This document shows, one piece after another, positions 1 through 9,461 of a DNA stretch of 64,000 bases (positions are counted from its first letter, which is position 1; each line of letters begins with the position of its first letter). A program made the translations under genes and the position numbers. This DNA comes from an uncultured Candidatus Saccharibacteria bacterium (lineage in GTDB: Bacteria > Patescibacteriota > Minisyncoccia > Phycocordibacterales > PALSA-1337). The stretch lies in NCBI GenBank assembly GCA_964495685.1, contig CAZBVQ010000001.1, positions 233,521-297,520 of the forward strand, read 5' to 3'. The notes under the pieces were generated by a model. It was not told the origin of the DNA. It saw only the letters and a list, made by a program, of their open reading frames with translations, and did no database searches.

Positions 1-102
1 TGTTGAGAATTTGATTAGTATTCTTATGGAAAAGGGAAGTAGTGGCTTCTGGGGCTTAAAAGATGTTATAAAAAGCTAGTTGGTAACTCGACTACACAAA
101 CC

Positions 103-141
103 CTGTGAACCAAGCTAAGCTGGTTCACAGAGTCCTTTTTT
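103..141 (+). terminator. Rho-independent terminator
   Basis: Perfect 10-bp stem CTGTGAACCA/TGGTTCACAG with an 8-nt loop, followed by a T6 run. Likely ends a gene lying upstream of the window. Confidence 0.55.
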
Positions 142-197
142 CGTGATATTGTTAATTCACAATTAAATATGTTGCCTAAACTCTTTGCAAAAAGGGC

Positions 198-342
198 ATG
201 GCATTAAGTCCTATCAAGCGCAGAAACCCCGTCGTGGGGTCGCTTGATAGGCCATATCGGGAAACCGGTATGAGAGACTTCGGTCTCTACCCGCGGCGGG
301 ATTTCTGCGTCCTGCTCGGGATTAAAAGCCCTATCAAGCAAT
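198..342 (+). promoter_or_regulatory. Structured 5' leader (possible cis-regulatory RNA or attenuator) upstream of CDS 343
   Basis: Several strong hairpins with GAAA and UUCG tetraloops. CCTATCAAGC occurs twice (212-222 and 322-332) and both copies can pair with GCTTGATAGG (243-253), giving mutually exclusive structures. ORFs 198-431 and 204-527 lie inside and look spurious. Confidence 0.3.
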
Positions 343-1017
343 ATGGAATCAAAAAAATCTACCGTAAGTATCTTCAGGAATCTGTATTTCTGGGGAATTG
401 TGCTGTCTGTGCTTATGTTTCTAACGGTTAATAAGGTCGTCGGGTTGTCGTTAGATCTTTTGACGCTGATTCTTTGGCATAAGAAAAATCTTAAGACAAA
501 GCACATGATCGATAGTGAGGCGATCAAAAAAGAGGCACGCGATTACCTTGAGAAAGCAAAACAAGAGGGAAGGCTTCCTGTAACTCAGAGTTCAGCTCTT
601 CTCGATCCAGGAGAAAACGCATACTTAACTGAAAATACAGTACTCAGTGAGACCAGAGCTGTTCGTCAAACCACCGGAAGGTTTGCCAGTACGCGTATAT
701 TCGGAAGTATGAGGTACGGCGCTGTCGCGAGTCGATCGGAAAGTCATCAAGAGTGGAGAGTAATCGATAGCGGGAAATTAATCTTGACTAACAAGAGCTT
801 TATATTTCTAGGCAACAAGGAAAAAAGAAATCTTCCGCTTAAAAAGATATTGGCAGTTGAGACTTATGCCAATGCGATAGAAGTAAGCTCTGATACAAGA
901 AGCAAGAGTTTGAGACTCCCTGTCCGTAATCCATATATCTGGACGTCTGCGATACAAATTTTGAGATCAACAGATGGTAATGGTTCCATGTCCAATGCTT
1001 CTATTCGCATTGAATGA
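343..1017 (+). CDS. Hypothetical membrane-anchored protein (N-terminal TM helix, possible bacterial PH-like C-terminal domain)
   Basis: 224-aa ORF with a hydrophobic N-terminus. No recognised catalytic motif. Confidence 0.45.
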   Translation: MESKKSTVSIFRNLYFWGIVLSVLMFLTVNKVVGLSLDLLTLILWHKKNLKTKHMIDSEAIKKEARDYLEKAKQEGRLPVTQSSALLDPGENAYLTENTVLSETRAVRQTTGRFASTRIFGSMRYGAVASRSESHQEWRVIDSGKLILTNKSFIFLGNKEKRNLPLKKILAVETYANAIEVSSDTRSKSLRLPVRNPYIWTSAIQILRSTDGNGSMSNASIRIE

Positions 1018-1119
1018 TTCCATTTAACTCCAGACGTGTGGAAGGTGGATTTGTTCAATTTGAACCATAGCAATTTAAGAGTCTGTCTTAATTCTAAGTG
1101 ATTTCAATTAAATTCCTGA

Positions 1120-1659
1120 TTATTTTTGTCCCTTCACCTTTTTCCATATCCCATCTCTTTCTTTCATAGAATCTTCCATTGCTTGAAGGACTCTATTTAA
1201 TCTAGCCTCCTTTTCTTCCTTGCTCTCTGTTTTAGTTTGATCTTTTGGTCTCGTATCGAGCAAGCCTGACGAACGTAACTCATCAAGCTTATCAATATCG
1301 TCCTCAATATTATTGCTCATATTGCCAACATAGTCATGTATGAACTTTTCAAATCGCAATTCAGCCAGTACTTTTGAAAGAGGTTTATATCTATCATGAT
1401 TGTTTGATAGATAGTATTTTGCAGCTCCCATATCACCCTCATGTATCTTCTTTATGACTACAGATTCAGCAAGGTCCCCAAGGCTTTCACGTCCAATAGA
1501 CAGGGCCTTGTTTACCTCAACTCTGAACTCATAGTTATCTTTTCTCCAACGGTTGAAAGTCGCACGACCTAAACCGATTTTTCTACAGGCCAGCCGCATA
1601 TTCGGAGTTTCTCTAAGAAATTCTATGAGCTTCTGTTTGTCATAATTACTTCGAGTCAT
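1120..1659 (-). CDS. Phage terminase small subunit-like HTH DNA-binding protein
   Basis: N-terminal HTH (ACRKIGLGRATFNRWRKDNYEFR) followed by a region typical of TerS/Nu1-like proteins. Sits next to the ParB-methylase gene, as in phage packaging modules. Confidence 0.5.
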   Translation of the reverse strand: MTRSNYDKQKLIEFLRETPNMRLACRKIGLGRATFNRWRKDNYEFRVEVNKALSIGRESLGDLAESVVIKKIHEGDMGAAKYYLSNNHDRYKPLSKVLAELRFEKFIHDYVGNMSNNIEDDIDKLDELRSSGLLDTRPKDQTKTESKEEKEARLNRVLQAMEDSMKERDGIWKKVKGQK

Positions 1660-2983
1660 TTATTTTCTGGCGCTTTTTGCCTGTGAATTTCTCCCAGCGG
1701 TTCAAAATTACTTCCGCATATACTGGAGATTTTTCCATCAGGAAACACCTTCGACCCAAGGTAATTGATGCGATCAAAGTAGATCCACTCCCGCCAAACA
1801 CTTCTAATACCAATTGGCCGCGTTTGGTTAACACTTTTATGTAAGGTATGAGTATTGGTAGTGGTTTGACCCCGAAGATGATGCCTTGGCCTGATGATTT
1901 CTCATCTGCTGCATTGTAGTCAATGAAATCTGTAGGGCAGTATTTCTTACCTTTTTCATATGACTCCCATTGTGGCTTGCCAGAGATGGCAAACAAGGCA
2001 GTACGGTATTCGTTTTCAATCAGTTCTTCCTCCTCCTCAAGTCTTATCTCCGCTTGTGGTTCGCTCGTTCCAACCATGGCGATATCGTATTTAGAGAATA
2101 GCTTATGTTTGCCGGCATACCCCTGATTGCGATTGGGGAGATGCCAGACGATCATATTCCTGACTTTCCAACGTTTTTCCATTTCATTCCAGATTGTTCT
2201 TATATTCTTCCAGTTTTCATAGACAATGATAGAGAAATCCTTGGCTTGCACTTTGCTTACATTGTTCATCCATAATTGGGTGAAGTTATCTGGCAAAGAT
2301 TCTGTTTCAAGATAGCGTCTATTTTTCTTTGTACCGAAACCGACAGTAGCCTCGCCATGACGTGTTTTACCTTTTAAATAGTCGAGAATATATGGAGGAT
2401 CCGTCATAACCATATCTGCCTTATGGTCGCCCATGAGCCTTAGCATGTCCGCTTCAATAGTTGAATCTCCGCACATTAACCGCGAACCATCGAGATCATA
2501 CAGATCACCTTTTTTGACTGTTATCTCAGTAATATCCAACTTATCAAGTTCATGTTGAAGATCGAATTGTTCCTCAGCTTTTTCTTCTTTGAAAATGTTG
2601 TCTAATTCTTCAGAATCAAACCCAACTGATGCTAGGAAAGACTCGTCGAATTCCGCCAATAGTTCAAGATCAAACTCACCCTGGTTTTTATTTAATCGCA
2701 AGTTCAACTCTTTTTCTTTTTCAATATCGGGTATATTTATGTATACGATAGGGACTTCGGTATAGCCCAGCTCCTTTAGAGTTTCTAATCGAAAGTTGCC
2801 ACCGATAACTATATTTTTTCGATTTTCGGCCCCGTTCAAAATTATTGGATCGACTACTCCAAATTTTTTAATACTTTCTTTAAGGTGCTTTCTTGCTTCC
2901 TCATCCCATACTCTAGGGTTATATGGAGCAGGGATGAGGCTGGTAATAGGAACATACTCAACACGCAGATTTTTGTCTTGCAT
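1646..2983 (-). CDS. ParB-like nuclease domain fused to N6/N4 DNA methyltransferase (phage-type)
   Basis: N-terminal ParB/Srx motif (VPITSLIPAPYNPR ... GGNFRLETLKELGY). C-terminal MTase with DPPY (motif IV) followed later by FGGSGST (motif I), i.e. beta-class order. Confidence 0.85.
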   Translation of the reverse strand: MQDKNLRVEYVPITSLIPAPYNPRVWDEEARKHLKESIKKFGVVDPIILNGAENRKNIVIGGNFRLETLKELGYTEVPIVYINIPDIEKEKELNLRLNKNQGEFDLELLAEFDESFLASVGFDSEELDNIFKEEKAEEQFDLQHELDKLDITEITVKKGDLYDLDGSRLMCGDSTIEADMLRLMGDHKADMVMTDPPYILDYLKGKTRHGEATVGFGTKKNRRYLETESLPDNFTQLWMNNVSKVQAKDFSIIVYENWKNIRTIWNEMEKRWKVRNMIVWHLPNRNQGYAGKHKLFSKYDIAMVGTSEPQAEIRLEEEEELIENEYRTALFAISGKPQWESYEKGKKYCPTDFIDYNAADEKSSGQGIIFGVKPLPILIPYIKVLTKRGQLVLEVFGGSGSTLIASITLGRRCFLMEKSPVYAEVILNRWEKFTGKKRQKINDSK

Positions 2984-3248
2984 GATAATTATTGCCAGAC
3001 ACCCACCTATAGATTAAAAGCACCGTGGCGATTTCGAGGCATCTGGCAAAAAGAAAACGCCCAATGCTGTTTTTGTTTTTGTGTGGCGTGTTTGTGTTAT
3101 AGCTCGTGTAAAGAAGTGCTGGCTATTTCAGCAGTGTTTGTTTTTGTGTTACTTACATATTATACCTCCCAATTTATCTGTCAAAGACAAAGATGATTAA
3201 CAGGCATGATTTCTTGATACTGTAAAAATAAAGTGATAGATTTCCATC

Positions 3249-3824
3249 ATGAATAACATATTGCTAAAGTTTTTTCTTATTTTGGAGAGGTTGGGAGTAG
3301 ACCGTAAACACTTGAAGCAATATGTTGTGTTCTTGATCGTGGTCTCAATCGTAACATTCTCTCTTATCTACTCTGGAGTTTTCTCTACGGTTGGTCCTAT
3401 TATATTTATTGTAATCTTCGGGATATTTTTCACTATTTTATGGTTTATCGCTGGTTATAATGTCTTTCGTTCGTTATTGGTCGCAAGTATTGGTTTGAGC
3501 TTTATCATCTTTATAGGTCAATCATATTGCTCTCTACCTGTAGTACAACGCACGGCAAATGATTCGCTTATGACTCTGGTTGGCTTTGGCTTTATTTACG
3601 TCGTCGCTCAATTCATATGGTCATTGTATAAGGAATTATTTGGTGACAAACACGCAAGAGAGGAATGGAGACAAAAGGGTATAGTACCTCTTTTTAAGGA
3701 GATAAATGGTGGTAAACATAATTGGCTCGTTCTTGTAATTTACGGTGGTTTGGTAATTCTCTTTGTTTGGCAAGTCTATAATGTTATCAATCCGATCATC
3801 CGTGGACTTTGTGTATATCAATAA
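3249..3824 (+). CDS. Integral membrane protein, unknown function
   Basis: About 5 predicted hydrophobic helices. Confidence 0.45.
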   Translation: MNNILLKFFLILERLGVDRKHLKQYVVFLIVVSIVTFSLIYSGVFSTVGPIIFIVIFGIFFTILWFIAGYNVFRSLLVASIGLSFIIFIGQSYCSLPVVQRTANDSLMTLVGFGFIYVVAQFIWSLYKELFGDKHAREEWRQKGIVPLFKEINGGKHNWLVLVIYGGLVILFVWQVYNVINPIIRGLCVYQ

Positions 3825-3858
3825 TTATGAATCAAGAAAAGATAATTATGGTAGGATT

Positions 3859-4263
3859 ATGCTTATGATTGAAACAATTTATCCTACTGATTGGCAGAAG
3901 ACACGAGGTATTTATTCGCCAGCAAAAAAGATCGATCTTGGCGGAGCTTATTTAATTTTCGTATCAGGTCAGCAGGTTGATAAAAATGCAGATAATGAAG
4001 CTATAACATCTGATGTTGAAGAACAAACAGAACTGGTCTTTCGGGCCATTGAGAAGATTCTAAAGGCAGCTGGTGCATCCGTAGATGATGTTGTAAAAGC
4101 TCAAATATTTCTGACAGATATAAATGATTTTCCAAAGGTGTCAGTTATAAGAGATAAGTGGTTTGCAAAAAGTAGGCCGGTAAGTACTCTGGTTGAAGTA
4201 AATGCCATGACACGCAAAGGGGCGAAAGTTGAGATTGAAGTAACAGCGGTTATCGAGAAATAA
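3859..4263 (+). CDS. ridA: RidA/YjgF family reactive-intermediate deaminase
   Basis: C-terminal signature AQIFLTDINDF...PVSTLVEVNAM..GAKVEIEV. Start moved to the internal ATG to avoid overlapping the upstream membrane gene. Confidence 0.8.
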   Translation: MLMIETIYPTDWQKTRGIYSPAKKIDLGGAYLIFVSGQQVDKNADNEAITSDVEEQTELVFRAIEKILKAAGASVDDVVKAQIFLTDINDFPKVSVIRDKWFAKSRPVSTLVEVNAMTRKGAKVEIEVTAVIEK

Positions 4264-4273
4264 TCGAAAATAT

Positions 4274-4735
4274 ATGGATGACAAACTTTTTTTAAGTGAA
4301 GCAATTAAGAAAGCAAAAGAATCGGTAACTAAAGGTGGATTTCCTGCTGGTGCGGTGGTAGTTAAAGATGGCAAGATTATTGGGTCGGGTATAAGTATCG
4401 GTAATACATTATTTGATCCAACAAGTCATGGGGAAATAGCAGCAATTAGAAATGCCTGTGCAAATATCAAAACGCATGAACTGTTCAATGCGGTAATCTA
4501 TACTTCAATGGAGCCATGTTCGATGTGTTTTAGTGCAACTATGTGGGCAGGAATTGGAAAGATTGTTTATGCTTGTTCCAGAGAAAAAGTAGCCGAAGAA
4601 TATTACGGTGGTCATTATCACATTATGACAATAAATGGTCAGCTAATTCATCCTATACAATTGGTGCATGTTCCCGATCTCGAACAGGAGTCTTTGGATG
4701 TTGTTAAAGAATGGGAAAAGGCGATCGGTATATAA
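4274..4735 (+). CDS. Nucleoside/tRNA-specific deaminase (CMP/dCMP deaminase zinc-binding family, TadA/guanine deaminase-like)
   Basis: HGE...PCSMC zinc-binding motifs (HGEIAAIRNA, MEPCSMCFSA). Confidence 0.8.
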   Translation: MDDKLFLSEAIKKAKESVTKGGFPAGAVVVKDGKIIGSGISIGNTLFDPTSHGEIAAIRNACANIKTHELFNAVIYTSMEPCSMCFSATMWAGIGKIVYACSREKVAEEYYGGHYHIMTINGQLIHPIQLVHVPDLEQESLDVVKEWEKAIGI

Positions 4736-4782
4736 AAACCCGCCTACGGTTAGAACGTAGTGCGGGTTGCTGTGCGTATTTC

Positions 4783-5403
4783 TTACTTCTCTCGCAATAC
4801 AAGCCTGAATGATTTGTTTTCAAGACCGCCACTACCGCGATTACACGGTTCGACAGCCTTGAGGGCAAATTTCAGGCCAGCCTTCTTAAGGACTTGATTG
4901 GCTCCTTGAATCCGCATGACGACACCTCGTGTCAGTTCCCAGCATCTAATCGGCTTATTGCCGTTGTCTCTCAACTTTCTGAACATGGTTTTGTAAATGT
5001 CCGAACAGTCGATTGAGAGGATGGTTTCCCATGTTTGCTGAGTGATATCATTTCCACCATCGGCCAACAGCAGTTTCTCAAGGTATGCCATTAGCTTTTC
5101 TCTGGCGATTTTGACAGGATCATCAGATGGCTCAATAATGTGATGCTCAACTTCAAGGGTGAAGACGAGCACAACCTCAGTGGCGACCAACACGATCGGA
5201 CCGTTGTCATTCTGAGTCTTGCAACTTAAGATTGCACGACCGCCAAATAACAAACAAATCTGATGCTCAGTCAGTTCAAGGTTCCGGAGGGCTTTTTCTG
5301 GAACCCTGAACTCTTCCGCAATGAGTGTGTGTCTGTAGATCATGCTTCCTTTATGCAAAGGTGATTCCCGAAGACATACATATCCGATTTCAGTAATTTT
5401 CAT
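4783..5403 (-). CDS. Hypothetical protein, no recognisable family
   Basis: 206-aa ORF, tightly coupled (15-nt gap) to the upstream gene on the same strand. Confidence 0.45.
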   Translation of the reverse strand: MKITEIGYVCLRESPLHKGSMIYRHTLIAEEFRVPEKALRNLELTEHQICLLFGGRAILSCKTQNDNGPIVLVATEVVLVFTLEVEHHIIEPSDDPVKIAREKLMAYLEKLLLADGGNDITQQTWETILSIDCSDIYKTMFRKLRDNGNKPIRCWELTRGVVMRIQGANQVLKKAGLKFALKAVEPCNRGSGGLENKSFRLVLREK

Positions 5404-5418
5404 AGGCCACCTTTTTGG

Positions 5419-5943
5419 TTAACGTCCAGGGCCATTGATTGTCCAGACAACTTGGTCGTGATTGCTGCCAAGGATTGGACGTCCGTAAGGCCTGAAGGCC
5501 TTGAACTGCCGATCGAACTCATCAGTCTTGTTGTAGAGACCAAGCTCAAATAATGCTCCGCTGGTCACGGGTGGTACCTCGGCATTCTCAATGGTGCCTT
5601 TGACCTCTTTGGTTTCCCAACAGAGAACGTCTCCATTATCGGCGCGGAAACGAATTTCCAACATGACTTTGGGAGGAATTGGTGCTTCACCCTCACGACC
5701 GTAGCATTTCTCCATATTTTCGCAATAGAAGAAGGCTTCGATCATGACATCGCAATGAACACCCGCGGCGTCTCCTTCAACAGGGGTAACGGCGATGTCT
5801 ACCTGCGTGATGGTGGCTGGAGCATTGAAGGTATGTTCGAGATAAATCTTGAGCACACCTAGCGCTTGCATCCGAACCACACTGATTGGTTGAGTGTTCT
5901 TACGGGTGGCACGACCACGGAACAGATCAAGTAGATTTTTCAT
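5419..5943 (-). CDS. Hypothetical protein, no recognisable family
   Basis: Start trimmed to MKNLLDLF. Forms a two-gene operon with 4783-5403. Confidence 0.45.
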   Translation of the reverse strand: MKNLLDLFRGRATRKNTQPISVVRMQALGVLKIYLEHTFNAPATITQVDIAVTPVEGDAAGVHCDVMIEAFFYCENMEKCYGREGEAPIPPKVMLEIRFRADNGDVLCWETKEVKGTIENAEVPPVTSGALFELGLYNKTDEFDRQFKAFRPYGRPILGSNHDQVVWTINGPGR

Positions 5944-6160
5944 AGAACTATTCTTTCTCAGAACATGTCTGCAACATGCAGACACGGCTACTGTCTCAGC
6001 AGCCTCTTTTTCGCAAGAAATATTGTGAAGAAAAGGCTACTGGGACAATGTTTTTATCTAGTATATCAAGATGTTTCTGGTTGCAATTATACACCATAAT
6101 ATAGCCATCTGTCAATAAATCCTTTAAACCTAACCTTCATATCTAAAGGGTCAGAAGACT

Positions 6161-6253
6161 GTCTCATTTGTCTCATTTTAAAAATTGACTGTGACCAGGG
6201 AGGGTAGAACATATGACAGATTTAGTGCTAAGATAGCCTTACAAGGTCTCACC
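6161..6253 (+). repeat. Promoter-like repeated module, copy A (GTCTCATTT x2 / TTGACTG ... ATAGCCTTACAAGGTCTCACC)
   Basis: Tandem GTCTCATTT GTCTCATTT then TTGACTG (6185-6191), then a 21-bp core ATAGCCTTACAAGGTCTCACC (6233-6253). It sits about 65 bp upstream of the ATG at 6317. Copy B at 10307-10403 is near-identical (21/22 in the core). Confidence 0.55.
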
Positions 6254-6316
6254 TCATGTGGTTCTAGACCGGAGAACACAGCAAATAAGTTGCCGTCAAC
6301 GGCAAGAATTATCAAA

Positions 6317-7201
6317 ATGAAAGATCGAATAGAAGTTAAAGATGTTCTACCTGAAGTACCAAAAATTACAGACGAACAATTAGAAGCAGCACGTAAGTCA
6401 GGAAGATATGAGTCGATTGCCTTTGAACAGTATAAGTTTGTAGCACAGTTGATAGCTATCGTTGCGAGAATTGATAAGACGTCGGAGGGATTCAAGAAAA
6501 TTCCTTCTCAGCAGTACCACATTTTGATGGGATTGATGAATCGTTGCGCTCGGTTAATTTTGAGCACAATGGAGCTTTCTCATGAAGGTAAATTTGGCGA
6601 AACTTCGTCGATAATATTTCGATGTATCTTCGAATCCGGGGTTAAAATTATATGGTTTTGTTCTGATGGTTTACAAAGTAAGTTCGATCTTTATATAAAT
6701 GACGGCCTCAAGCCTGAAATTGAACTTCTGGATACGATTAAGAAAAATGTAACAGAACGAAATGGTGCTATCTTAGGTATAGAAGAGCGGATGATGGATT
6801 CTGTCTATTATCATATTAAGACAGGTGAGACCACGGAGTCGGCGGTCCGACTCTCAAAAAAGATGCCTGATATGGCTACAATTGTTAGAGATATTGGCTT
6901 TGATCGAATTATGTATGTAGCCAATCATAGAATTGGATCACATCATGTTCATGGCACGTGGCCTAGCCTGCTATTTTCTTATTTGGAAAAAGAAGGTGAT
7001 GGTCTGATTGCCAGAGGAAATAATGTGTCAACCAGGGCGAATGAATATATAGCAACATCTATAATAATGACTCGAACAATGAGTGCATATTGCGATTTTA
7101 TGCTAGAAACACCCATGAAAGAAATTTTAATAAACCTTTGTCTTGAAGAAGAAAATGATTTGATTAGGATATTTGAAGATATGACAAAGCATGGTTGGTA
7201 A
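6317..7201 (+). CDS. Hypothetical protein with HEPN-like R-x4-H motif (ANHRIGSHHVH)
   Basis: Start placed at the internal ATG (MKDRIEVKD) downstream of the repeat and of a hairpin at 6290-6306. No other family signature. Confidence 0.45.
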   Translation: MKDRIEVKDVLPEVPKITDEQLEAARKSGRYESIAFEQYKFVAQLIAIVARIDKTSEGFKKIPSQQYHILMGLMNRCARLILSTMELSHEGKFGETSSIIFRCIFESGVKIIWFCSDGLQSKFDLYINDGLKPEIELLDTIKKNVTERNGAILGIEERMMDSVYYHIKTGETTESAVRLSKKMPDMATIVRDIGFDRIMYVANHRIGSHHVHGTWPSLLFSYLEKEGDGLIARGNNVSTRANEYIATSIIMTRTMSAYCDFMLETPMKEILINLCLEEENDLIRIFEDMTKHGW

Positions 7202-7418
7202 TTTATTATTTTGAGCAAACCTTGCCCCTTCTTTCAATTCTTCCAATCATCCACACTGTCTCCATAAAACAATAAAATCCAATCTGCCATAGTGAATGAA
7301 GGAGACATACAGATGCTTCGAAAGAAGTGGTATACTTTTCGTACAAGGATTTTATGTTTTGGACCAAAAGCTCAACATCGTACACGTCCCCCAGCAAAAT
7401 TTGTCCGTACACCATAAA

Positions 7419-8414
7419 ATGGACACTCTCCTCAAAAAAATAAATGATCCAGGGCTTCAAGCTATTATTGGTTGTATTACCATAGATATGGGTAAAGAGA
7501 TAATAACGGAAAGGTTCAAGGACATTGAGAAAATGTATCCTCATTACGACAGGGATTTTTTATGGCTGCTAGCTTACTCGCAGGAACGTTCGCTTGTAGT
7601 TCGAAGTTATATTGAAGCAAATTATAAAAAATTTCACCAAAGTCTAGACTCGGGATTTCCTAGGAAACTGTCGAATACAAATAGATTTGAATCTCACATG
7701 TGGGAGATGATTCTTTGTGATGTACTTTCCTCTTCTGGGGAATTGATTCCGAAGTCTTCTGCGGGCGCGGATTTAATTCTTAAAGTGCCAAATGGACAGA
7801 GTATTCAGGTTGAAGCAATCGCCCCAGATGAGGCTGATGATGCGAGCCTTCGTGCTGAAAGGCCCGACTATTCTAAAAGTAATACGTTTACTTCAGGTGG
7901 AAATATAGAAGACATCGAGAATCCAGTATTACTTAGGTGTATTCATGCCTTTGATAAAAAGGCCAAAAAAGGATACAGAAAAGATCAGCCACTTATTATC
8001 GCAATTAATACAAGTAAGGTTGTGGGTATTGTATCTTTGGATGACTTTATTATCAGGCGTGTCCTGTTAGGGTTAGGATGCGTGACAATTACACGTAGGA
8101 CTGATGGTTCCTATCAAACTGGCCTACAACAAAAAAGCGATCTATCGAAACCTAATGAGACGAGTTTCTCAGTCGGTCGTTTTAGAGATCCTGAATATAG
8201 TCATGTAAGTGGGGTCATCTATACGTCTCAAAAATCTCTAAGCCTTATTCCGGGTGGATATGGTTGGTCTAATAGTGGTATATATTATGTCCCTAATCCT
8301 ATGGCGATAAATAAAGTTAATGCCAATTTTGACTTTTTTAAGACGATCATTTGTGATGAGGAAGCTTATAGGGACATTCTGCCAAAAAGAGATTTCGTAA
8401 GTAATGTTGTGTAG
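7419..8414 (+). CDS. Hypothetical protein, no recognisable family
   Basis: Start placed at MDTLLKKIND. About 331 aa. Confidence 0.45.
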   Translation: MDTLLKKINDPGLQAIIGCITIDMGKEIITERFKDIEKMYPHYDRDFLWLLAYSQERSLVVRSYIEANYKKFHQSLDSGFPRKLSNTNRFESHMWEMILCDVLSSSGELIPKSSAGADLILKVPNGQSIQVEAIAPDEADDASLRAERPDYSKSNTFTSGGNIEDIENPVLLRCIHAFDKKAKKGYRKDQPLIIAINTSKVVGIVSLDDFIIRRVLLGLGCVTITRRTDGSYQTGLQQKSDLSKPNETSFSVGRFRDPEYSHVSGVIYTSQKSLSLIPGGYGWSNSGIYYVPNPMAINKVNANFDFFKTIICDEEAYRDILPKRDFVSNVV

Positions 8415-8506
8415 GCTACATGCTTTTTAGTATTAGTAGAAGCATAGTTGAAACTCTCAGTGGTACAGGTATTTCTTAAAAGAATAAAATGGATTAAGAT
8501 ATCTAC

Positions 8507-8743
8507 ATGCCTGACACAGAAGTATGCCCAATATGTTTACGCCCATACGGTCTGACAAACAAAAAAGTCAGATATCATCTCGGATACCAACCCCCAAGAT
8601 ATATTTATGCGTGTCAGTCATGTAATTTTGCCGAGTATCTTTCTAGACATTGGAGAAAACATTTAACACGATGGCAGTGGTATAAAATAAATGTGGTCAG
8701 AAAATTTACAGGCAAGAAGTATGACCATGAAGTCGTGCAGTAG
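8507..8743 (+). CDS. Small zinc-ribbon protein (CPxC...CxxC)
   Basis: CPICLRPYG ... YACQSCNFAEY. Basic and Trp-rich C-terminus. Confidence 0.4.
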   Translation: MPDTEVCPICLRPYGLTNKKVRYHLGYQPPRYIYACQSCNFAEYLSRHWRKHLTRWQWYKINVVRKFTGKKYDHEVVQ

Positions 8744-8778
8744 TTGTCAGTAAAGTCCCAACCCCCCCACACCCACCC

Positions 8779-9309
8779 ATGAAAATTCTCATTACAGGCA
8801 TAGCGGGAAGTGGTAAGACGACGATAGCGACCGAATTGAATAGGTTGGGTTATAGTGCAACTGATCTAGATACAAACGGAACGTGTGCCTGGGTAAATAA
8901 AAAGAGTGGTCTTGAAACTGAATATTCAGAAGCCTCTGGTCCACAGTGGATCGATGAACATCGCTGGCAGGTGATTGTGCCAAAACTTACTGCATTACTT
9001 TCACGTTTCCCGACCGATAGGAAGCTATTTGTAACGGGAAAGATAGCGCGCATGCAGGTGAAAGAAATGAGTACACTATTCGATATCATCTTCTTACTCA
9101 GGCCTGATGATCTGATTATCGATGAACGTTTGGCACAGCGCACCAGTAATCACAAAAACTTCGCAAAAACGACACAAGAAAGGGAGGTCATTCTACGCAA
9201 CAGGCATGAATTTGAAAAAGCGTGTCTCGATAGTGGGGCGCTCGTTATTAGTAATAATGGTAGTCTGCAGAGTGTGATTGGGGAGATACTGGGGAAGATT
9301 AAGGGGTAA
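8779..9309 (+). CDS. P-loop NTPase / small nucleotide-kinase-like protein (AAA_33 / zeta-toxin-like fold)
   Basis: Walker A GIAGSGKTT at the N-terminus, 176 aa, RLAQR-type lid region. Confidence 0.65.
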   Translation: MKILITGIAGSGKTTIATELNRLGYSATDLDTNGTCAWVNKKSGLETEYSEASGPQWIDEHRWQVIVPKLTALLSRFPTDRKLFVTGKIARMQVKEMSTLFDIIFLLRPDDLIIDERLAQRTSNHKNFAKTTQEREVILRNRHEFEKACLDSGALVISNNGSLQSVIGEILGKIKG

Positions 9310-9461
9310 TGGGCGCTTGAGATGTGATGGTGTGATATCAGGCTGATTGTTCACGAGAGAACCTCTAGAGAAAAGGCTTTGGAGCAAGCCGCTAATTTTG
9401 TACCTTAAATGAAAAACCACCACCGCTTGCTATGCGATGGTGGTCGTGACCATTTTTCAGT

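Noticed and set aside
198-527. ORFs 198-431 (+) and 204-527 (-)
   Set aside because: They overlap a highly structured region with tetraloop hairpins and the downstream gene. The translations are low-complexity with no motif, so they are interpreted as an RNA leader.
1646-2983. Chromosomal partition protein ParB (parB)
   Set aside because: The ParB-like domain is fused to a DNA methyltransferase and sits beside a terS-like gene, which is a phage-type nuclease/methyltransferase and not a ParAB partition system. No parA is present.
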